From Dudresnaya verticillata (Eukaryota), in contig OZ374561.1 of NCBI GenBank assembly GCA_977862235.1, forward strand, positions 1,736,001-1,800,000: a DNA stretch of 64,000 bases, given 5' to 3'. Below are positions 1 through 10,901 of this stretch, piece after piece. The stretch's first letter is position 1. Each line of letters opens with the position of its first letter. Below the pieces are notes generated by a model, which did no database searches, was not told the origin of the DNA, and was given only the letters and a program-made list of their open reading frames with translations. Made by a program: the position numbers and the translations under genes.

Positions 1-2985
1 TACGGCTTCGCCACCATCGTAGTCTCCCTTGCGAAACAAGCACCCTCTCAACCCACTCATAACTGATGCATTCGAGATCTCTTTCAACGCAAAGACTGTA
101 AAGCCTTCTGGCCCCTTACCCTTACCCTTATCTGAATTGACTCCAGCCCATTCTTTCACCAGTTGTCCCAACATGTGAAGCGACATTTTCATTACCGACG
201 CAGAAACTCTCAAGTCCAGGGATTCACCAACAGCACTGGATAGGAGTGAAGACATTACACCTTGAACGAGTGCTTGATGATTGGGATGAATGAGCACCCC
301 CACTAGTTCTGTTCCAATAACTGCATGCATGAAGTATGTATATGCCCGCTGCATTTCAACTGCCTCACGACTCTCTTCCGACATAGCCATCAATGTAGTG
401 GAATCCAGCGAATACGGATGCTGGTGGGCTTTTTGCACGATCGGAGCATACATTCGCATGACCAAGCTTCTGCAGTCGTTTCCAAACTTTGTAATAGCTT
501 GTGACACCAGGATAATCACATCTCGAACATCAACAGCTGTCGTTGAAGAGTCCAACAACCCGGGGACGCTTTGCTCCAGATACGAAAGAACCCTCATTCC
601 GATAGTATCCACCATTCGATGCAGAAAGAAGATCAGTTTTGATTTCAGGTTGGCCGTCGATGTGTCATTCTGAAGCCCAAGATACGGTGCAGCTCCCTTC
701 AGCACTGCTTCTAAACAAGCGATCCAAACACTCTGCATATCGGGACTAAGGGGAGTTATCCTCTGCACCTTAACCTCTTTTGCTAGAGCGTCAGGGCTCC
801 CATGCCTGCTCCCCCGCGCAACCATTCCGTGCTCTGATCGAGGCTCATTCAAGAGCAGAAGTGGTTTGGAATCGACCCCAAACCCTTTGGATAAATACCC
901 AGCAGCCATTATAAAAGGAAGGACAGTTTCTGCATTATTTCCTTGTAAACCGTCAACTAGAGACTGTAAGGCTGCAGAGAGATACTGCATAGAGCCTTCC
1001 TTCTTGTGATCTGTACCAAGAAGGTATCCTACTATCTCAAACATCATCATTTGGTTCTTCGAGCCCTGGCTTCCCACGTCTTGCTTCAGCGGAAACATGT
1101 GAACACGCATTGCATTGATAATAGCGTCCAAATGATTTCCCGCGATGATGCTGCGAAGAGGTCGAATGAGCTTGAGAAAAAAGTAGGCCGCATGCGATTG
1201 TACAGTCTCCGAAGATTGATGGCCTAGACCTCTCGTGTCAAGAAATACAGGAAGTACTGAGGCCAATAGGCCTGGATGGGCCCTTGTCAAGAACATACGG
1301 TATGATCTTGCGACCATGTCAAAGTACGTCGTTGAAACAGCTTCTAGTTGATGCTTCTGAGCAATCTGTGCCTTATCAAGTACCGAGTTTGCCACGTCTG
1401 TTGAAAACTTCATACATGCTGGAGGGTTCGCAATGGCGAAGGACCGCACTGCTAGCAACTCTGGAGTTTCGGGACTTGTCACGGTTAAAGAAATCAGGAC
1501 AGCCAGAGCAAGCTCGGTGCGCGCACAATCAGCAGATGCCACAGCCTTAGAGAAGAGACTGTTGACAAACTCGACACACATCATTGGAAACGCCCTTGCG
1601 ACACTGCCAAATATATTCTTCAACAATATCTTCCTCACTTCAAAGAAAGACCTCTGTTCCTCCGAGGCATCGTCATCAGGGTCAAAATCCTTAGGAAAAA
1701 GCGAGCGTTCCTCAACTACCTTCAAAATAGCCCTCACGGCCTCAATGCCTTCATCAGATGTTCCGTCCTTGCCGTTCTTTGTTGCACGGGAAAATACACT
1801 CACATAGGTTGTCACACATTGCAGTGTCTGGGAAGAAGTCCCTTCATCAACATTTTCGTCAAGGAAAAGCAGGGCAACCGGAAGGGCAACCTGCGCCACA
1901 CTACGAGCTAACGCAGCCACTTGTTCAACATTATTCATTGTGCAAGATTGTTTCATCGTCTCCTTAAGAACTTCAAGCGCTACTACAGCAGTGGTATTTA
2001 CAAGAGCCGCGACTTCCACTTGACCCGTCTGATGATTCAGTTCCGGGTCACCAATTTCTTCTTCGTGAGAGCAAACTTCATCCACAGGAATGGATCTCAG
2101 CAGGGCTTCGATTTGAAGAGTGTTCAAAAGCGATATCTTCGCCGCTGAATCCATTCGCTTCAAAATAACCGAGCGTAACGCAACCGCAGCTGCAGGTCGT
2201 GCACTAGTGGCCCCCTTGGTCGTTATAGCCCCATACATAGGCGCGATGATTCGCTCCTGTACTATGAGCCCAATGTCAACCCACTCAACGTATCTCGAGA
2301 AAAAGTCGAACGCATGGGAAATGAACATGGGGGAGCTAATGAGATCCGCACACCTCCCCGTGATAGCAGCAATACAATCTTCTCGCATTCCGTCCTTCAC
2401 CCGAATAGATGTTTTGCGGGTATGCTCACTTATCTGCGTAGCCCGAATGCTAGTCACATCTTCATCCAACGCGCGTAAGACTCGGAAAAATATCGCCGTT
2501 GAGGATTCGTTGGATTGTGCTGAGGCTGCCAACGGCAGCACAGATTCCTGAAAAGCTGTTGGCCATGTATGTGGATAGTCCGCCGCAATAACCGAAACCA
2601 GTACCTGCGACAGCTTGTTTAGGAGAAACTTCGGAAATACCGCTTGGCTACCACGACTGCCACCTCCAGCACCTGTTCTGTTTGAGGCCTTCTGCGGGAA
2701 CACAACCTTGGAGAAGTACTGCAAAATCGACGTTCTGATCGCAGTTTTCTGATCACCCGAGAAAGAAACAGGATACCGCGCAGGGTCTGACAATGTCTCA
2801 TGGATTACTTGGAGGCACCAGAACGCAACCTCCGGACGCATTGCCGTTGAAAGATGCTGCAAAACAAACGCCCATCCATCCCTCGATTGCCTCAGGTTCT
2901 GGCAATAGTTGAGGGCCTGCTCCCGGAGGTCCTTCTCTGCGGTAGGGTTCAGACATAGCAGGACCGCAGACTCAAGGTCATCCAT
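1..2985 (-). CDS. XPOT: Exportin-T (tRNA exportin, Los1/PAUSED family); 3' end lies beyond the left window edge
   Basis: Not in the ORF track, consistent with no stop inside the window. Hand translation from ATG at 2985 gives MDDLESAVLLCLNPTAEKDLREQALNYCQNLRQSRDGW...VAFWCLQVIHETL...FLLNKLSQVLVSVIAADYPHTWP...RVKDGMREDC, matching the recalled Xpo-t N-terminal motifs. The same frame reads sensibly at base 1. Only segments were translated. Confidence 0.88.
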   Translation of the reverse strand, partial: MDDLESAVLLCLNPTAEKDLREQALNYCQNLRQSRDGWAFVLQHLSTAMRPEVAFWCLQVIHETLSDPARYPVSFSGDQKTAIRTSILQYFSKVVFPQKASNRTGAGGGSRGSQAVFPKFLLNKLSQVLVSVIAADYPHTWPTAFQESVLPLAASAQSNESSTAIFFRVLRALDEDVTSIRATQISEHTRKTSIRVKDGMREDCIAAITGRCADLISSPMFISHAFDFFSRYVEWVDIGLIVQERIIAPMYGAITTKGATSARPAAAVALRSVILKRMDSAAKISLLNTLQIEALLRSIPVDEVCSHEEEIGDPELNHQTGQVEVAALVNTTAVVALEVLKETMKQSCTMNNVEQVAALARSVAQVALPVALLFLDENVDEGTSSQTLQCVTTYVSVFSRATKNGKDGTSDEGIEAVRAILKVVEERSLFPKDFDPDDDASEEQRSFFEVRKILLKNIFGSVARAFPMMCVEFVNSLFSKAVASADCARTELALAVLISLTVTSPETPELLAVRSFAIANPPACMKFSTDVANSVLDKAQIAQKHQLEAVSTTYFDMVARSYRMFLTRAHPGLLASVLPVFLDTRGLGHQSSETVQSHAAYFFLKLIRPLRSIIAGNHLDAIINAMRVHMFPLKQDVGSQGSKNQMMMFEIVGYLLGTDHKKEGSMQYLSAALQSLVDGLQGNNAETVLPFIMAAGYLSKGFGVDSKPLLLLNEPRSEHGMVARGSRHGSPDALAKEVKVQRITPLSPDMQSVWIACLEAVLKGAAPYLGLQNDTSTANLKSKLIFFLHRMVDTIGMRVLSYLEQSVPGLLDSSTTAVDVRDVIILVSQAITKFGNDCRSLVMRMYAPIVQKAHQHPYSLDSTTLMAMSEESREAVEMQRAYTYFMHAVIGTELVGVLIHPNHQALVQGVMSSLLSSAVGESLDLRVSASVMKMSLHMLGQLVKEWAGVNSDKGKGKGPEGFTVFALKEISNASVMSGLRGCLFRKGDYDGGEAV

Positions 2986-4092
2986 GTGTCCTCTTGTGGA
3001 AGAAAATACAGGCTGTAGCGACGCTCCTCAAGATGGGTTTGCTATCGCTGTGGAGCAGAACAAGCAAAACACCTCGGGAAAGATTCGCGGCGGGCGATCG
3101 CGTGAGACATTCAGGCCCCTGTTGTGTTTAGAACTTCAGTGAGATTGCGACAAACAAGGGGCGTAGGAGGCGCACGTTTTGTGGTTTTCTTTCGCCTTTC
3201 CCAGCTCTCCTTCCTGTAGATATCCTAACAGCTTTCCTTCTCCGTTGTCACCGTCAGCATCAGCACGGGTCGTAAACGCGTGAAGGAGACCGCTGGGCTG
3301 ACCCCGAACGATTCTTAGACCTCCCCCGCCGATGACAATGGGTACAGTAGGGAGGGCCTCGAGTCGGGAGTCCAAAAGAAACAAAGGGAAATTTTAAACA
3401 AGAAAATCCTCTTGCAATGCGAAATTGGGAGCCTTTTTGATCCTCTGAAGCTGCCGAAACGTGTCTACAATTCTTCAGGGTGCAGCCGCTAGAAACATGG
3501 AAATGGATAGCCACTTTTGTCACACACTTTTCGGTGCTTCGCCCTGGCGAAGAGAAACAGTCGCCGGCGGCAGTCGAGGCAATGTTGGTTTGGGTGATCG
3601 ATGTCGAGAGCAAGTGGAACGATCACACTCCGACGCACAAGTCATTTCACAGTTTCTCTCGACTCTTCGATGATTATATCTCAAGCTGCACAGTGTCGAA
3701 AGCAGTCAATGGCTGCATCAGAAGCGACACAATGTCGAAGACGTCAAGCGCAGTGGTGAGGAAGGTTTGGGGACACTGTGGGCATCGTTCGAAGACTCAG
3801 CGCAGTACAAGTTAGCAAAAGAGGTTGTTCGAAGATGAAGCCGCGTAAGTCGAGGAAACAAAACGCCGAGCGTGGGGGCACCAGGCCCAAGATGTTGGAA
3901 CCTGACTTCGCAGAGGATCATCGTTTGGAACACGGCATCAAGTTTAATGTACAAGGGCACAATGGAAAAATACATGACAGTATGAAACTAAGCAGGAAGC
4001 GAGATTGCAAGTGACTGATAACAACAAAACAAGAGCGACTCAGTAGTTCGGCATTCTGCACGCTGGCAAGCAATGAATGTTGAGCATGGTGT

Positions 4093-4737
4093 CTAGAAGA
4101 GGCCGTTCGCAAAGTTGAGCATAGTCGGGCCTTGTGCAGATATTGGAACCAACGGAACTCGACCGGAACGACAGCGTGCAACAAACACGTCGTTCGCTCT
4201 CGGGCCGGTACTCTCGCCCTCGGCCGGTGCTTTCTCTTCACTACTCTCGCGGGCGTCGCTGCTTTCAGTGCTTTCATGTGTTCCAACGCGTGGTGAGGGT
4301 AGCACTCTCCTAGGTGAGGCTGGACCTGCAGAAGATGACTCTGCGCTCGAGCTCGTCCACGACCAACTCCGCTTTTGCACACCGGGTTTTGCGCCATACC
4401 GGCAGTGCTTGGAAATTGGCAGCATACGTCTAAGACTCGGAGAACGCTTTGATAAAGGGTGGAGTTGTCGCTCTGAAGAGTGCAAGCCGCGTTCCGTGGC
4501 CTGCAGCAACTGGTCCAGTTCCAGCACGTCGGTTGGGGTGATAAGCGGTGAGCTGAGTGTGACAGAACGGGCGTCGTCGCCTGCAGAAGGCGGAACGTGG
4601 GCATGGCCATGTTTGGAGAGGATATGCAGGGCGAGGTCGCGTGGGGTGCGGAACTTTCGCGCCTCGCAGCGCAGACATCGCAACGAGCGTTTTCGGCGCT
4701 GCAGCGGTGGGGTAGCTTCCGTGGCGGTACGCGGCAT
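4093..4737 (-). CDS. Hypothetical protein with a single C2H2-type zinc finger
   Basis: First ATG of the 4093..4899 ORF is at 4737 (MPRTATE). A basic NLS-like RRKRS precedes CLRC-x13-HILSKH, followed by a Ser/Glu-rich disordered tail. Confidence 0.6.
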   Translation of the reverse strand: MPRTATEATPPLQRRKRSLRCLRCEARKFRTPRDLALHILSKHGHAHVPPSAGDDARSVTLSSPLITPTDVLELDQLLQATERGLHSSERQLHPLSKRSPSLRRMLPISKHCRYGAKPGVQKRSWSWTSSSAESSSAGPASPRRVLPSPRVGTHESTESSDARESSEEKAPAEGESTGPRANDVFVARCRSGRVPLVPISAQGPTMLNFANGLF

Positions 4738-7700
4738 GTCGGGTAGCGGCTTGGTTGGTGATGGTGGCAGTGTTTGTCCGGTTGTGCGGCTGTTCTCCGC
4801 GGGGTTGTTGGTGTGCGGCGGAAGGGCGAGGCGGGGGTGAAAGTGTTTTGATGGGGCGAGGAGGTGCGTCTTGGAGAGGTGGTTGAACGCTTCGCACAAA
4901 AAATGCGAGGCGGGCGAAGTGAAACGGCTGCTGCCCAGTCGTTTGGCCCAGTGACTGGCGTGCGGTCAGGGCCACTCTGTGCAGCGCCTGACGGCTCGTT
5001 CCACGCGGGGTTACAGGTCCTGTCGGTCCTTTCGGGGCTCGCTAAGACGCACACGTCGGTTCTGTCTATGCAGTAGGGAATCTTGTTGATACCGTGCCTG
5101 CAGGACGGTATCCCAGATTCAAAAAGCTGGGCCAAGTATGCAAACTCAGTGGCCAATCAATGGATAAGGAAGTGCATTGGCGCCCCTTCATTGGTTATAA
5201 TAATAAAGAATGGTCACATTTCTAACTGGAGAGCCCCGAATGGTAACCTGTTGGTCCGAGGAATGCCCCTCACTAGTCCAAAGTGTGGTCGAGAAAACAG
5301 TGAGCTTAATTTAACATTACACTGGCCTGTATGGACTTACAGTGCGTAGATGGCCGGCTTTCGAGTGCTCTTTCCTTTTCATACAGTGTCTTCGTCCCGA
5401 CCACGCGATTTTTTTCGAGTCCATTTCAAAACATGATCTCCCGCCGTCCTACCTGCCTGCAGAATGGCTTATTGAGCATCTCCAAAGGTCATAGGGTCGG
5501 AAGGTGCACACGGCGAGAGGACCGGATCCAGCTGTGCTTTTTTAACCGACTTTAGAACCTTAGAAAGCGAAGGTGACATTTTTATCCGCAGACATTGGAA
5601 GGTGCGAAGTCTGCTGAAGCTCAATACAAGATTAGACGCACCATCCGCGAAGGATGAAATCGAATCTAGCGTGGTGGGCTGTGTAAAATCCAGGTGCCCA
5701 AGGTAGGAATCTGAAGGAGGCTTTTATATTCGAACGACTTGAGCTGCGAAGGGGAGCAAGTGCTCACGAAAAAGCTGAAAACCGGATGCAGAACGGATTG
5801 GGGCGGATAAGAATGTATACATTTTTCATCATCGGATATACTTACATTCATGGTATATAGATGAAGCCATGCGGATATGAATAGAATAGGAGCAGCCACG
5901 CTGGTGCGCTTGAAGCAAGCGACTAATAACAAGCTCTCAAAACGAGATCGGAGCTGCTTGAGGTTACCTTTGGTATTCGCTACAGTAATGTCATGGTGCT
6001 GTTGTAAATTCTGGGAAGATACTGCAGCGTACTGTATTTTGCAAGCACAAAGACCGAGCACTGTGCCCCCTACCACGCTAGCACTGGTGCAACTGCACGA
6101 CACGAGCTACACTCGGCTCGGCTCTGTTCTCTTCTGAGCACGGACTGACATCTTTGCCATTCCAATGCAGCGCTCGACGTTTGGTGACCTGTGGACGCAA
6201 AGATGTTTCTCTCGCGTCAATTGCGATTGAGAGAGGCTGCGCGCGGATTGCGAGCGGCGTGCGCGCGCTTGCGTGAGAGGCTTTGCTAGGAGCAAAAGAC
6301 AATGGCATTTGTTATACAGTATCACAGCCGACAGCAGCAAGGCTCGGCTGCATCGAAACTAATCGGGGTTGTTACGGACACGAGAGTCATTCCCTTCTCT
6401 GGTGAGTGGTCTGTGCAGTCTGTTTTTTGCCGCTCGGCTCGGCTTTGCGCAGCGATGCATGCGCGCGCAATGCAGGAACCAGGAAACCCGGCAAGAACGC
6501 AGGCCGGGCTCAACGCGGCGGAGAGCAGTGCGTGCGCGCCAGGTGTTGCGTCACCCCAGCAGCAGCGGTCAGCAGCCACTGCAACACGTGTTGCGCACAT
6601 CTTCGGAATGGACGGCACGGCCTTATTAGGTGCCACAGGGATTGCCTGGACATGGCACGCTACTCTCGGCGACGGCACGCATAGCGTAGGGCCGGCAAGG
6701 GCAGCGGCAGTCATCATTGATCTCGCACCGGCTGTCGGCGAAGCCGCCGCAACTGTTACCGCAGCCGGCTGCGTCTGTTTCTACAGTCGGCGTGCGCGTG
6801 AGGGTTGGCGCGGCCTGGGCAGCAGCAGGGTGTTTCTGGTGCGGTTGCAGTTGCGCGCGCCGAGATTACTGTGCAGCATGTGAGATTGTTGCCGTGCGTG
6901 TGATTTGTCTGGCGGGTGTCCCCTGGCACCTTCGGGTTGCAGACGTGTTTCCGCACAGTTTCCGTGCGCGCCGCTGCGGACAGACGCACGCGCAACGTTT
7001 GGAGGTTGGGGGTCCAAGCCGTAGCCGCGCAGCCGTCGTCGTGTCTCTACGGAGCAGAGCTCCGTGCCATTGCTCGCTTTCTCGAACGGCAACCCAGCGC
7101 CACGGGGTGGCGCTGCAGACTGGCGCCAGAAGACAGTCATGGACGGGTGGCTCCCGGGCGGTGAGCTCCTCATTTTGACTTTGGAGAATGGCCCTCTGGG
7201 CAGACACAGTCATGGCGAGAGTGATGCTTGAAAAGGACAGCCTGCTCTTCGCCATGGCGCACGTGAATTTACAAGTACTGTAGTAACATTTGCGAGTCAT
7301 CCGCTCGGGGGACACAGCTTTTGTCAAACACAGAGCACCCGATGCACAGATGCACGCGGTTGAGGGAGCGTCGTTATGGTGCGGCGTGGGAAGCCGAAGT
7401 GCGCACATTCCGCGGCTACCCCGGAAATATATTTTTAGCTGCCGCTCGGTCAGGCTTCGGAAACGTGTGACAGAAGCATAACCATAACACACGGCGAGAC
7501 TTTCTTCCCGGCTCCGAAGCTGTCGTAGATCGCATTTCGGGCGCGCAAGCGGCACAAGCTTTTAGCGGCGGCACGTTTGACTTGTCGGACCTTGGAGATA
7601 AGAGCAGTACTGACTGTCTTATACATCGGAGCATGTCATGGTGCCTGTTTTCCGCGACTCGACTATAATAAGGCCGCATTCGCTCGTCGTTGTTGTGCAC

Positions 7701-8268
7701 AGGCCGTTTGCAAATTCACGGCGTCGCCGCCGATGTTGACGTCGACGTCGCCGGAGAGACGGAAAGACAGGGAAGGGATGGCATCCATCTCGCATCGCGC
7801 CGACCCTAATTGCGCGCGCGCGCCGGGCGGCCAATCACAGCGAACAAAGCCAACCGCCGCACCGCACTCGCGAGCAGCGCGCTGTTGCAACGTGTGTCAC
7901 GTGCGTCAGTCCCCCCTGACCACAACCACCGCCGAATGGACGAAATTCACGCGCCGCGTGCGCGCCCACTCGCGCTATGATGCCTCTTCCCGGCACCGAC
8001 ACACCCGCCCCGCCCGCGGGATCCGTGCCCGCGCCACCCGCGCCTGCCGCCACCGCGCGCACTCGCTCGCACACGCACTCGCACTGCCGAAGCGGATCAT
8101 GCGTTTCGCGTCGCCGCTCCGCTGTTGCCACCACCCGCTCGCATCCCCTCCTGCCCGACAGTCAGTGCGCGCGCCTCAAAACCCCCCAACTTTCCAACAC
8201 GCCGCCCCTCCCGCGCCCCCCGCCGCCTTAATCCCAGTCTTGCGACTCCCTCGCGTCGCGCCGCGCCG

Positions 8269-8276
8269 TTTATAAT
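8269..8276 (+). promoter_or_regulatory. TATA-like box upstream of PP2C
   Basis: TTTATAAT in an otherwise very GC-rich region about 185 bp upstream of ATG 8460. A (GCACTC)n tract (~8315-8346) and a (GCC)n tract (~8423-8449) follow it. Confidence 0.4.
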
Positions 8277-8459
8277 CTTCCGCAGCCCGCCGAAACGCCA
8301 GCGCTGTCCCGCCCGCACTCGCACTCGCACTCGCACTCGCACTCGCGCTGCGCTGCGAGCCGAGCGCCCCCGCGCGCGCGCCCCGTCCATGACCGCGGCC
8401 CCTTTGCGCGCCGTCGCCGCCATCGCCGCCGCCGCCGCCGCCGCCGCCGTTCCCGTGCC

Positions 8460-9554
8460 ATGTCGTGCTTCGGCCACCGCTCGTCGCGCCCCGCGCCACA
8501 AGCCGCCGCGCTGACCGCGCCGCACCCGCGCCGCAACATGCCGCGCGTACGCACCGCCTGCACGTCGTCGTCGGCCGCCAGCGACCCCGACCCGGACGGC
8601 GCCGCGCCGGCGCGCCCGGTCCCCGTGGAGGACCTGGGCGCCACCAAGCGCCGCCTGGTCTGCATCCGCCGCCAGAGCGAGTACGCCCCGGTCAACCTCT
8701 CCGTCGGCTTCAAGTCGCGCACCGGCTGGCAGGCGCTGTCCTGCAGCAAGGAGAACCAGGACTCGCTCGCCCTTGTGCTCCCGCTCGCCGACCCGCTGCA
8801 GCACTACTCCCTTTTCGCTGTTTTCGATGGCCACGGCCGCGCCGCTCACCGTGTCTCTTCCTTCGCTGCTGAAACTGTAACTGCAAACTTTGTCGCGCTT
8901 ATGACGGCAGACAAGACCACCCCGCCAGAATCCGCATTGCGGAAAGCATGCTTGCGCACTAACCGTTCCATTATGAATCATCGATCGTTGGACGTTCTCA
9001 TGACCGGCACCACTGCCGCCGTTGCCGTTATACACGGCCACTCTCTAATTTGCGCCAATATTGGCGATTCTCGCATTGTGATTAGCAGTGTCCGAGAAGG
9101 TGTTGTAACGGCTGTGCCAGTTACAACAGATCACATCCCCGAACTTCCGGCTGAGAAAAAGCGCATCGAAGAAGCAGGTGGTCGAGTTGAGAGGTGGTCA
9201 CCTGGTGGATTGGATACGGGGCCACCTCGAGTCTGGCTCAAAGAGAAGCGCTTGCCGGGCTTGTCGGTATCTCGAGTCATGGGGGACTCCATCCTGAAGG
9301 GTATAGTGACTGCAGAGCCGGAAATGACTACGTATCAACTCGCTGAAGAAGACAAGTACGTGATTGTGGCTACAGATGGCGTTTGGGGGCAAATGTCCAA
9401 CGAAGCAGTTGTACAATTTATCGATTCTCACGGAAGCGAGACTTGCCAACGAATCGCAGAAGCTCTGGTTAGGCACGCTGCAACGTTGTGGTTCGAGGGT
9501 GGCGGAGAAAGCATTGACGACATCTCTGTCATCCTGATCCGGCTTAACTGGTAG
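8460..9554 (+). CDS. Protein phosphatase 2C (PPM family)
   Basis: PP2C motifs ENQD, VFDGHG, GTTA, ANIGDSR, TDH.P...E..RI, VATDGVW and DDISVI. Intronless, 364 aa. Confidence 0.95.
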   Translation: MSCFGHRSSRPAPQAAALTAPHPRRNMPRVRTACTSSSAASDPDPDGAAPARPVPVEDLGATKRRLVCIRRQSEYAPVNLSVGFKSRTGWQALSCSKENQDSLALVLPLADPLQHYSLFAVFDGHGRAAHRVSSFAAETVTANFVALMTADKTTPPESALRKACLRTNRSIMNHRSLDVLMTGTTAAVAVIHGHSLICANIGDSRIVISSVREGVVTAVPVTTDHIPELPAEKKRIEEAGGRVERWSPGGLDTGPPRVWLKEKRLPGLSVSRVMGDSILKGIVTAEPEMTTYQLAEEDKYVIVATDGVWGQMSNEAVVQFIDSHGSETCQRIAEALVRHAATLWFEGGGESIDDISVILIRLNW

Positions 9555-10050
9555 AGATCCGTATTTGCTCGTCTTTATTGTATGTTCCTCTTTCTCGATA
9601 TCATTCCAATTGTACATAACATAATGTTAGTCTGTGTTCTGAGATATGTTCTCGAACCATGGCAACTGTTTCAGCGGGCTATTGGAGTACTCCTCCACAG
9701 AAGGGTGAAAAGGGTTTCGGCAACACGGAGGCCCAGACAGCGAAGAATGTATATATATCTATATATATATCACTGTTGTATATACATTTTGTCTTCTTCA
9801 TTTCGACTTGGCCCTAGCATGATTGTGCTTCCGCGGCGAGGGTGCGAATTGCGAACTATTAACCCATTGTGCGAAGAGAATCTTCATCCCATTTGGTTTC
9901 CTGGTTTTCCTTTATGGCGGCGTCACAGGGCCTGATATCGTGCCCCTCTATCGCTAGATCTTGGTACTAGCTTGCATCGCCGGGTATCTGCATCGGTTGC
10001 ATCACTATATTCCTGTACTCTGGTATCGAGAGAGTTAGTAGAGAGAGTTT

Positions 10051-10052
<2 letters not shown>

Positions 10053-10096
<44 letters not shown>
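10053..10096. repeat. (AG)22 microsatellite
   Basis: Perfect AG dinucleotide run read directly from the sequence. Confidence 0.95.
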
Positions 10097-10098
<2 letters not shown>

Positions 10099-10901
10099 CC
10101 GTCATAAATCGTTGTTTCGGATGCCAATCCCGATGCGTTTTATGTGAGATTAAGCGAGCGGATTTGCGCTCCAGAAGCTTTCAATCGCAACCGTCGCACG
10201 CTCGTTGCCTGCGGTAAAAAGTTGTGACATTCGTTATGCACCACATGCGCGCATGTCACAGACATGGCGCGACGAATGTGCCTCTGGCTTGCATCGCACG
10301 GGCTAATGGGGGCCATCGATGCTGATCGCAGTGAAACGAAGTGGAGTGCATCCTGAATCGCCCTTGCGTTTCGCGGTAGCGTGGTGGTGTTAACGCCGAG
10401 CAGATCTCGACGAGCAGTTGCAGTCGCGCTCGCTGCGCGGTGTGAGGTCACAGTGCTCCTGAGAGCATGCCGCAGTATGATTATTCAGTGCAACCTTCGC
10501 CTTCGCATTGTAGAGGCAGGCAGGACTCCGGCTTGGCAGATCGGCAATCCATTGGCCGGTCATCACTCTATCCATGCTCTTGAGGTGGCGGCGCGATGGG
10601 GCGTTTGCGACTTTCGCGCAGGACAAACATTGCATGTCAGTCAACAATCAGTTACCACCGCGGCGATCCCAAGCGCACGAGCATGACGGCACAGCAAGTG
10701 CACTTCTTCTTCACCGTTGCATTCGGTTCCATTTGCAGAGGTGCAGCGAGTGCAAAGCCAAATACCAGTCCAGCGGCAATGCATGCCAACGGCAGCTTTT
10801 GTACCGGTGCACGACGGGGTGCCTTGGCGTATGCAATGAACAGTTGAGGCGGAGGAAACAAGGCTGAGCCAACCGTAGATATCGAAACGAAGAACGACGT
10901 C

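Noticed and set aside
3461..4014. Short plus-strand ORFs, possibly a transposase fragment
   Set aside because: No catalytic motif or terminal repeats identifiable.
3918..5156. 412-aa minus-strand ORF
   Set aside because: Overlaps the C2H2 ORF in another frame and has no recognisable domain.
6302..7555. Several 130-230-aa ORFs on both strands
   Set aside because: Mutually overlapping, with no motif or consistent frame; cannot be supported.
8097..9041. 314-aa minus-strand ORF and other overlapping ORFs at 7.5-9 kb
   Set aside because: GC-rich shadow frames of PP2C and its promoter, with low-complexity Arg/Ala translations.
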